Positions 9,699 to 17,332 of a stretch of DNA of 64,000 nucleotides are shown one piece after another. Position numbers and translations under genes: made by a program. How positions within the stretch are numbered: position 1 is the stretch's first letter; each line of letters begins with the position of its first letter. The DNA is taken from sequence record OP991903.1; one strand, written 5' to 3'. The notes under the pieces are model-generated. The model saw nothing but the letters and a program-made list of their open reading frames with translations. It ran no database searches and was not told the origin of the DNA.

Positions 9699-11267
9699 TT
9701 AGTTGATGGAGTACCCACCCATGTCGTCCAGTGCGCCATTATGCCAGGCGACTGCACCACCTTCACTTGCCATGCCGTCACCAGGGCGTTTCATGCTCTG
9801 GTCTTGGCCATTGATGTCATCCGGAATACCGAAGTCACCAAACAGCAAGGTTGCACGCTGGTCATCCAATGGCGTGTCATCCACACCACGGTGTTTACCG
9901 CGCCCGATGTTCAAATACGTCTTTCCTTCGAGAACCAACTTCTGCAAGTTGATTTCCATGTCCACTTCCTGCGCAAGCGTCTTACAGTCGTGGTAGTACG
10001 CACAGTTTAGAACCTCGTTTAAGAAGTTCTTCGGTCGGTCACGGTGAATCGCCAGGGCTTCGGTTGATAACTGGTGAGGCGTTATCATAAGATAGTCGTG
10101 ACGAAGCATCAGGTTACGGCTGCGGTTGTACAAAGCTTGTTTGTCACGGCCGGTGATGCCACTGTGAGTCAACCCTTTGGTCGAACACATTCCGAGGTAG
10201 TCGACGGTCAGTACGATAATCTCGTAACCCATCGCTTCCAGTTTCAGCACCGTCTGTTGCAGTTCGTCGTAACCGAAGTACTCGGGGTCGACTTGCGCCA
10301 TCAGGAAGTGCCAACCGTTTTCCATGAACTTCTCTTTCATGAAGCTTGCGGCTTCGGCAGGGTCGATTTCGTTGAAACGAATCTTCTTACCAACCAGCGG
10401 TTCCATGATTTGCTTGTACATGGTGCGCAGGTTAATCATCAGCTGGTTCTCAGTGGACAGCATGACGATTGCCGGTTTCTTCGCCGGGTCGCGCAGTTTC
10501 GGTTTGTTGTACATTGCCGCACCACGGGTCATCAGCATTGCCAGACCGGATTTAAAGTGGTGCTGCAAACCGCCAATCATAATCATCTCTTTACGGCGGC
10601 CGCCGCCTTGTGCCCCAAACAGACGGTTAACAGCCTGAATCGGGAACTTGATGATTTCATCGGGACTGACGGACTCTTTACTGTCCTTGAAGTATTTACG
10701 CAGCAGCTCTTCGTCGTTGAAGTCGAGGAACTCGCTCACCCCGTGAATAGAACGGAGGTCTTCACCTTCCTGTTCAGTAAAGCGTTCAAAGGCAGAAACC
10801 AACTCACGAGCTTTGGTGGTCAGGTCGTATTCTTCCTGACCGTACAGGATTTTCCCGCCCAATTCATTCAGTTGTTTCTGGAAGGCTTGTTTACGTTGGT
10901 ACGTTTTCAGCTCACGAACGAGAGATAGGCAATAGTTACGAACGCCCGTCTGGTCCAATTCCTGTTCGATGGAATCAAGAACCAGGTCACGGGTGCTCGT
11001 ATCGTCCGCGCAAACCATTCTGACTTGTGATACCAAGAACTCCCTTGAAATCTTGTTACCGTAATTCAGGACCTGTTTAGCGATGATGACTTGCAGGCCT
11101 TGTAAAGAAGGGTAACTTGGGTCGGTGTCAGCCATCCCGCGTTCTGGGCGTATTTCTTTGAGAATGTTCTTGACCAGAGTAGCGTTGTCTGCACCATTGT
11201 CCAGCTGTTGTTCCCAATAAAGCAATAATAGTGTGTTAATGATGACGAGTTTGTAATTCATCCCCAT
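9699..11267 (-). CDS. dnaB: DnaB-like replicative helicase (phiKZ gp118-like)
   Basis: Variant Walker A GGLQHHFKSG, LSTEN, Walker B LTVDYL, TPHQLS, GRGKHRG; divergent from the capsid operon as in phiKZ. Confidence 0.9.
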   Translation of the reverse strand: MGMNYKLVIINTLLLLYWEQQLDNGADNATLVKNILKEIRPERGMADTDPSYPSLQGLQVIIAKQVLNYGNKISREFLVSQVRMVCADDTSTRDLVLDSIEQELDQTGVRNYCLSLVRELKTYQRKQAFQKQLNELGGKILYGQEEYDLTTKARELVSAFERFTEQEGEDLRSIHGVSEFLDFNDEELLRKYFKDSKESVSPDEIIKFPIQAVNRLFGAQGGGRRKEMIMIGGLQHHFKSGLAMLMTRGAAMYNKPKLRDPAKKPAIVMLSTENQLMINLRTMYKQIMEPLVGKKIRFNEIDPAEAASFMKEKFMENGWHFLMAQVDPEYFGYDELQQTVLKLEAMGYEIIVLTVDYLGMCSTKGLTHSGITGRDKQALYNRSRNLMLRHDYLMITPHQLSTEALAIHRDRPKNFLNEVLNCAYYHDCKTLAQEVDMEINLQKLVLEGKTYLNIGRGKHRGVDDTPLDDQRATLLFGDFGIPDDINGQDQSMKRPGDGMASEGGAVAWHNGALDDMGGYSIN

Positions 11268-11280
11268 ACCCCGACAGTTT

Positions 11281-11290
11281 TATGATATGT
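11281..11290 (+). promoter_or_regulatory. putative late promoter (TATG), position equivalent to phiKZ P119L
   Basis: TATGATATGT upstream of the gp119-position gene. Confidence 0.55.
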
Positions 11291-11315
11291 GCAGAAATCC
11301 CATCTGGAGACCCGT

Positions 11316-11891
11316 ATGCGAAACAAGTTGCTCAAGCAGCTCCGCGTAGGTATTGTGCCGTCTTGGCTCGCATCAGCAATTAGCGAAACCAAAAACTGTA
11401 CGTACCTCGACGTGCTGTCTTTTCCCAAATTGGTGGCGTGTGAAGGTCAAGCGTCTATAGTAACACTGGACGAAGTATTTATTTACACGCTCGTCCAACG
11501 CGACCTCCATCGTCTGACAGATAAAGTTTTTTCCGACTTCCATACCATAGCAGACTGCGATGAAAACGCAGCGTTCTACCTCGAGCACGAGAAAGCAATT
11601 GAAGCGTTGAAGGAGAAATTGTACCGCGACGCGAAGCTGAAAGAAGTGACCGGTGGAGATTCTGCTATTGGTGTGTTAGAAACCAATCCGCTCGATGCCG
11701 AGTTTTACACACCGGTGCGTGTCGACGCGAATACCCTGCTTCTTATAGGGAGCACTACACCGGTGTACCAAGATGACCGTGCATTTTACAATGCCGTTAT
11801 CGAATCGTTAAGTGGGATTGCGGAATTCCCCGAGTTCAAAGAACTTGAGGTTTTCAGACGCTATCTCCGTCACGCCGTGAGCGGGCGCTAG
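11316..11891 (+). CDS. phiKZ gp119-like protein (between helicase and MCP)
   Basis: GGAGA SD, start MRNKLLKQ, synteny. Confidence 0.65.
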   Translation: MRNKLLKQLRVGIVPSWLASAISETKNCTYLDVLSFPKLVACEGQASIVTLDEVFIYTLVQRDLHRLTDKVFSDFHTIADCDENAAFYLEHEKAIEALKEKLYRDAKLKEVTGGDSAIGVLETNPLDAEFYTPVRVDANTLLLIGSTTPVYQDDRAFYNAVIESLSGIAEFPEFKELEVFRRYLRHAVSGR

Positions 11892-11914
11892 TACTAGCGC
11901 CTATTATGGTATGT
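11884..11914 (+). promoter_or_regulatory. 18-bp perfect palindrome followed by tandem TATG late-promoter motifs upstream of MCP
   Basis: ggcgctagtactagcgcc (11884-11901) then tatTATGgTATGt. Confidence 0.6.
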
Positions 11915-11975
11915 GATAATATCACTCGTCAAGTACTTGACACCAAAACCTTTCAACGTTGAAGGAAAGAGAAGA

Positions 11976-14276
11976 ATGGCTATTGTCAAATCCAAAGCCG
12001 CGGGCAACTCTGGTTACCGCGACCTTTTCGAAAAACTGGGTTCAGTGGTAAATGACACCTTGAACGTCCTGCCGAACAAGCAGCAGGCGGGTGCGGTGGC
12101 CGTGGCCGTTGAATCCTTCAGCGATTTCGGTATCGACCGCGATGCATTCCAACACAGCTACGACACCACTTTCGGTGAAGTTCAGCGTGTAGCAACCGAG
12201 TCTGCGTTCGCGCTGGCTTCTGAAGCTGACACCCAGGGCGGCGCAGCGTACGGTTTCGCCGTACCGCACATCCGTGCTGCCCAGAAGCGTGTTGCCACTG
12301 AAGCGGCCGCTGTGCTGCTGCAAGGCCACAACAACGTTGGCGGCTACTACAGCAACATCGGTGAAACCGGTGCTGGCTTTAAAGCTGACGACGTAATCCG
12401 CCACGAGCAGATTACTTCTGGCCCGGCTGGTGCGATTCCTGTTGTTCCTTCGCGCGCACTTCCAGCAATGGAATCATTCGATGAGAAAGTAACTGACGAA
12501 TGGCGTCAGCACTCTTACTCCATCGCGATGACTGCGGCGAAACAGCACGAGTTCAACGAGCTGTTCTACAAAACCCAAATCCTGACTCCGGACAACGCGG
12601 GCTTCATCATGACCGTGCGCCGTAACGTAGTCTGGGACGGTTGGAAAGCTCCTGACCAGTCTGGCGATGCTGGCGACTTCCAGAAGCGTAACATCCTGGA
12701 AGGTCTGCTGAACCACGAAATCCTGGAAACGGATACTACCGACCTGATTCCGTGCCTGCAAACCGGCAAAAACGAAAAATACTTCATCGACCCAACTCTG
12801 GTTGCTCCGACCACTGTTGAGCAGTCTGGTGAAGAGTTCCAGACTAACTACCTGGCGTTCAACGTTGGTAGCTTCAGTCTCATCAACCTGGCGCAGACTC
12901 CTTCTCGTATGCAGAAGGGTACGCCGAACCACACCGATTCACTGGACAGCCGTATCGCGCTGGGTGAGCTGATTGTTAAAGTCAGCAAAGGTGGCGTGAA
13001 CGAAGCAGTTGACTTCGACGTGAACCGTTCTAACTTCGCACAGTACCTGGCTACCCGCGAAATGAACTTCCGTCAGACCACTGTTAAGTTCCACAACGAC
13101 AGCCTGCCGATTACCCCGGACACCAAGCTGCACTCTAAAGCTGCTTCTGCTATCCTGAAGCCGCTGCAAGATGCTGGCTACACCATCCACCTGAGCATCA
13201 AGGTTGACGGTGAGATGAACGTTGAAAGCGGTAACGGTGACACTCGCGCGCCTGAACTGCGTATCGCGAAAGCGTTCAACGCCCAGGGTCAGGAAGTGGC
13301 TCTGTCCGACGCAACTCTGGCTCCGCTGATTGCTGGTATCACGTTCTCTCCGGCTGGCTACAGCCTGGAAAGCCGCCTGACCAACATCAACCAGCTGGAA
13401 CGTGGTCTGCTGATTGACTCCGACGTGATGAAACACGGCTTCATGATTCCAACTCTGAGCCCGCTGTGCATCATGAAACCTGCGCTGACTGACGACGAAA
13501 AAGTCTATCCGCGTATGGAAGCGCTGCAAAACGCATACCGTCTGCAACTGCGTAACGCGGGTGTTACCACCCTGCTGAACCGCGTTGACACCCTGGAACG
13601 TTACCTGGGCCAGGACACTGCACATCCGCTGGAATCTCAGCCGGGTCTGGAAGGTCTGGGTCAGTACTACGTTCGTCCGTACTTCCGCCGCATCAAGCTG
13701 GACGTTCAGGCAGAACTGAACAGCACCAACTCTGCTGGCCGCGTGGAAGACATCCAGGGTCTGTTCGTATCCGTGATTCAGGAAGCTATCTACCGTGCTG
13801 ACCTGAAAACCGGTTACTCTGCGGCGCTGGAAACTGCGTTCCCGGGCTCTAACCCGAAACCGCACGTTGCAATCGGTACTGACAAACGTCTGCCGAACTA
13901 CCTGATGATTCAGGGCGACGACCGTACCACTGGTATTGGCTTCGACTTCACCGTAGCGTCAATCTCTGACCTGCGTATGAAAGACAAAGTCATCATGACC
14001 TTCACCCTGCCACGTGAAAGCGAAATTCATCCGCTGGACCACGGCATCCTGGGCATGATTCCAGAGTACATCGTTAACTTCGCGATGATTCGTGAACAGC
14101 GCATCGCGAACGAAATCCGTCTGACGCCTCGCTACCGTCACTTCCACTTCCTGCCGCTGATGATTGTCATCGACGTGCTGAACCTGGAAGCTGCAATCGC
14201 AGAACGTACTACCTACAGCACTATTGCTAAGGTATCTGGCGACATCACCACCACTGATGCTACTCCAGCTCCTTGA
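11976..14276 (+). CDS. major capsid protein precursor (phiKZ gp120-like)
   Basis: About 766 aa, strongest codon bias in the window, propeptide with AVE/ATE/AME sites (PAMESFDE), synteny with DnaB and nvRNAP. Confidence 0.92.
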   Translation: MAIVKSKAAGNSGYRDLFEKLGSVVNDTLNVLPNKQQAGAVAVAVESFSDFGIDRDAFQHSYDTTFGEVQRVATESAFALASEADTQGGAAYGFAVPHIRAAQKRVATEAAAVLLQGHNNVGGYYSNIGETGAGFKADDVIRHEQITSGPAGAIPVVPSRALPAMESFDEKVTDEWRQHSYSIAMTAAKQHEFNELFYKTQILTPDNAGFIMTVRRNVVWDGWKAPDQSGDAGDFQKRNILEGLLNHEILETDTTDLIPCLQTGKNEKYFIDPTLVAPTTVEQSGEEFQTNYLAFNVGSFSLINLAQTPSRMQKGTPNHTDSLDSRIALGELIVKVSKGGVNEAVDFDVNRSNFAQYLATREMNFRQTTVKFHNDSLPITPDTKLHSKAASAILKPLQDAGYTIHLSIKVDGEMNVESGNGDTRAPELRIAKAFNAQGQEVALSDATLAPLIAGITFSPAGYSLESRLTNINQLERGLLIDSDVMKHGFMIPTLSPLCIMKPALTDDEKVYPRMEALQNAYRLQLRNAGVTTLLNRVDTLERYLGQDTAHPLESQPGLEGLGQYYVRPYFRRIKLDVQAELNSTNSAGRVEDIQGLFVSVIQEAIYRADLKTGYSAALETAFPGSNPKPHVAIGTDKRLPNYLMIQGDDRTTGIGFDFTVASISDLRMKDKVIMTFTLPRESEIHPLDHGILGMIPEYIVNFAMIREQRIANEIRLTPRYRHFHFLPLMIVIDVLNLEAAIAERTTYSTIAKVSGDITTTDATPAP

Positions 14277-14399
14277 ACTCCACTCAGCCAGGCTATCGTC
14301 AACCCACAGTTGAACGGTTTCACTAAACCGTGATACGCCCCATCGAGGGTTGGTTGGCGAGACCCTCCGGCGACAGTGTAGAGTGCCGTAGTTGAAGCA

Positions 14400-14442
14400 C
14401 CGGGAGCCCTTCGGGGCTCCCGGGCTTTATTTTCTTTTTTTT
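14400..14442 (+). terminator. intrinsic terminator of the MCP transcript
   Basis: ccgggagccc-ttcg-gggctcccgg plus T tract. Confidence 0.9.
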
Positions 14443-14473
14443 GTTTTCGGTCGATGTAAAGAACTTTCAAGAA

Positions 14474-14481
14474 TATATTAC
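14474..14481 (+). promoter_or_regulatory. phiKZ-type early promoter TATATTAC
   Basis: Exact match, upstream of the nvRNAP-subunit operon. Confidence 0.75.
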
Positions 14482-14590
14482 CTACTTGAACGATTCCGTT
14501 AATGGAACGGGGATGTTAGACAGAACTTTAGGAACTTCTGCTCATCAGCGATTTGGAACAAACGGCGTTTATCCCGCAGGGCGATAAATT

Positions 14591-15631
14591 ATGGAATCAC
14601 ACTACCACGGGAAACCTCCCCGCTTCAGACGGGAGGCTACATCATTTAAAGCCGTCTTAGGCACCATTATAGAAGAGGAGATTCCAAAGACTCTGCCGCG
14701 GTATGTGAGTGCCAAGAGCATTGTCAACAACACGGGCATCGACTTATACGTGAGAGAACGAGACGGGATTGTCCATCGCATCCCGAGTAAAGAGGTGGTC
14801 CTGGAACTACGCAAAGGGCTGTTCTATACCTGTGGGTATTTCTCAACAGAAGGGGTGGATTATGACGTGACGCGACGCACCGGTAACGGAATGACTTTAG
14901 ACCGTACCCGTGTATCGCAAGTAATTGAACCTTCTCGCTACGGGGCCTCTGTCCAGGTCACGAAGCTAACGCATCATTACTTCTTGGACGCTAAAGATGT
15001 AATGGATAAAGGTGGGGTGTTATATCTGCAAGAACTCGATGTTGTCGTCTCCATGCATGGCCTCGAGCACCTGCCTCAACATCCGTCAGAGAACGTGGAT
15101 TTCCAACTGGCGTTTGAAGAGCGTATTGCTACCATGTCATCGGCCACCTCTGGACTGATGATGGGCGTGGTAGATAATGAGGGCATTTTCGGAACGCGCT
15201 ACATTAACGTCAACGGCTTTGTCTGTAAGGTGTCGCCCGTTACTGACCCGTTACAGCCATCAGGTATTTATGTCTACGTTCCGGGAAACGTGGATAAGCG
15301 GACGGAAATCGTTTTTTACGAGCTCCACTCATCTGATGAACAATGTCCGATAAAGTTTTATCCGACGCAGGCGGAAGCAGCAGCACACGGTGACATTTTC
15401 GCCGAAGCTGAGAAAGCCTGGGAGCGGGAGAAGCAAGACTTCGAGAAACAGATATTAACCCTGAAGAATGAGAACGAACTGAAATCGCTCGAGCGCAAAG
15501 ACTATTTCGAATACCGTAGCCTCGACCGTAAAGACGACAGTGAACACCTGAAGATGTTTGTTGCCAGTGCCGGTATTATCGGCGGGGCAATTACCGTAAT
15601 CAGTAAGCTGGCGGATTGGTTCCGTTCTTGA
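14591..15631 (+). CDS. conserved jumbo-phage protein (phiKZ gp122-position), C-terminal coiled coil and hydrophobic tail
   Basis: 346-aa ORF between MCP and nvRNAP beta. Confidence 0.6.
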   Translation: MESHYHGKPPRFRREATSFKAVLGTIIEEEIPKTLPRYVSAKSIVNNTGIDLYVRERDGIVHRIPSKEVVLELRKGLFYTCGYFSTEGVDYDVTRRTGNGMTLDRTRVSQVIEPSRYGASVQVTKLTHHYFLDAKDVMDKGGVLYLQELDVVVSMHGLEHLPQHPSENVDFQLAFEERIATMSSATSGLMMGVVDNEGIFGTRYINVNGFVCKVSPVTDPLQPSGIYVYVPGNVDKRTEIVFYELHSSDEQCPIKFYPTQAEAAAHGDIFAEAEKAWEREKQDFEKQILTLKNENELKSLERKDYFEYRSLDRKDDSEHLKMFVASAGIIGGAITVISKLADWFRS

Positions 15632-15637
15632 CAACCA

Positions 15638-17302
15638 ATGGAGGATAAGGTGAGCTTCGACCTCGAACTATTTGATTTTATCCATGATGACCTGCCGCAG
15701 TTCAACCCGCGCATCTGCGAAGGCTTTGTGGGCGAGGCGATGGAAAGCGACCTCGAGTATCTTGACTCGGTGGCACGCTGCGCTGATGAGGGTTTTCCTC
15801 CGGAATTCCGTTACATGGGTATACGCCGGTTATCGCCGTTAGAAACCGTCAAAGAAACCCTAATGAAATCCGACAGCGGCAAGCGTGAGTTTGACATTGC
15901 TGAATCTGACCTGTACTTGGCAGAAATGCTGTTCAAGTATACTGACCCCAAAACGAAACAAGAGACGCTGATTCCCAAGCCCATCTTCTTGCCTTTCGCT
16001 GGGGAGGCCGGTAACCTTATGCTCTCGGGTACTACCAACACGATTGCATCCGTGTTAGGCGACCCGGTGTTTACGGTAACTGACCGTGACGTGTTTGTCA
16101 TCTTCGCCCGTGCGAAGTTTACTATGGAGACGCAGCAGTACCAGCTCTTGCAGGATGGGGAAACGGTTAACAGCTACGTGGTGAAGGTAACGGCGCATAA
16201 TGCCCGCCCTAAAACCAAAGCCAGTGAAGTGCGTCATTTACCCAAGACCATTTCCACAACCGGTCACTACCTGTTCTGTAAGTACGGTGTTACTGATGTC
16301 TTCCGTCGTTTCTACGGCCTGGACGTAATCGTCTGCGACGTCAACGATGTGCGTGAGATGTATCAGGGCGAGCAATGGACCGTGCTCAGTTCCAAGTACG
16401 CTTGCGGTATCGGACGTCCGGTGCACTCGCCGAAGAAATATGGGATGCCGACCCAGTTAAACCTGGTGTTCCGTACCGACCAGTTGACCATGAAGAACAC
16501 CGACTTCCACACGGCAGCGGCACACTTCTTCTACGTGGTTGACCACTTCCCGCTGTACTTCAACGCCCAGAACATTGACCATCCGGATTCCTGGAAGGTA
16601 GTGATGGGCTACACGATTCACCGCAGTAACGAGAGCGAAGGGAAACTGTTGAACAAAATCGACAACCACCTGGATTCTCTGGACCGCTACGTGGACGTGA
16701 AAGCACGGCGAGATTTACGTAACATCGGTATAGATGTGCGGGATATCTACGAGTTCTTTATCCACATGAACGACACGATTCAGCAACGCATGAACAACGC
16801 TGACCCGGGTAACATGTGGGGCAAGTACCTGATGGTAAACCGTTACGTGTATTCGAGCATTACCGACGCCATCTTTAACCTGGGTTGGTCTTTAAACCGC
16901 GAACGGCATCCGATTTCGTTACAGAAAATCAAGCTGTTACTCGGTAAGAAGATTAACATTCTTTCCTTCCCCATGGGCCGCCGTAGCCACGGTGAGATTA
17001 CCAGCGTGCAGTTCCCTGGTGACTGTTACTTGTTTAAGTACACCTGTAACATCATCCGCCAGACCAACGCAGTCATCCAGAAAGGGAAGAAGAAGAAAGT
17101 AATCAACGTCAACGACGTGAGTTACCATCTTCACCCGTCGGTGGTGGAATGTGGCAGCTACTGCAACTTCCCGAAACCGTCTCCGGATGGCCGCACCAAA
17201 CTGAATCCGTTTGCGTGGATTGACGATGACGGGATGTTTATCCGTAATCCGAAGTACGTGAACCTGCTGAACATGATGAAAGATGAAATCTCAACTTTCT
17301 AA
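15638..17302 (+). CDS. non-virion RNA polymerase beta-like subunit (phiKZ gp123-like)
   Basis: 554 aa; IFLPFAGEAG and C-terminal SVVECGSYCNFPKPSPDGRTKLNPF; synteny. True start may be GTG 15650 (GGAGG SD). Confidence 0.8.
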   Translation: MEDKVSFDLELFDFIHDDLPQFNPRICEGFVGEAMESDLEYLDSVARCADEGFPPEFRYMGIRRLSPLETVKETLMKSDSGKREFDIAESDLYLAEMLFKYTDPKTKQETLIPKPIFLPFAGEAGNLMLSGTTNTIASVLGDPVFTVTDRDVFVIFARAKFTMETQQYQLLQDGETVNSYVVKVTAHNARPKTKASEVRHLPKTISTTGHYLFCKYGVTDVFRRFYGLDVIVCDVNDVREMYQGEQWTVLSSKYACGIGRPVHSPKKYGMPTQLNLVFRTDQLTMKNTDFHTAAAHFFYVVDHFPLYFNAQNIDHPDSWKVVMGYTIHRSNESEGKLLNKIDNHLDSLDRYVDVKARRDLRNIGIDVRDIYEFFIHMNDTIQQRMNNADPGNMWGKYLMVNRYVYSSITDAIFNLGWSLNRERHPISLQKIKLLLGKKINILSFPMGRRSHGEITSVQFPGDCYLFKYTCNIIRQTNAVIQKGKKKKVINVNDVSYHLHPSVVECGSYCNFPKPSPDGRTKLNPFAWIDDDGMFIRNPKYVNLLNMMKDEISTF

Positions 17303-17332
17303 CTTTGTATCTTTAAATAAGGGGTTGTCTAA

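Noticed and set aside
14274-14300. Selenocysteine insertion at the MCP UGA
   Set aside because: No bacterial SECIS-like stem right after the UGA and no redox context; near-cognate readthrough is more plausible.
15629-15640. In-frame TGA-CAA-CCA-ATG fusion of the gp122-position gene to nvRNAP beta
   Set aside because: In-frame adjacency has a 1-in-3 chance, the downstream gene has its own SD (GGAGG before GTG 15650), and no supporting motif was seen.
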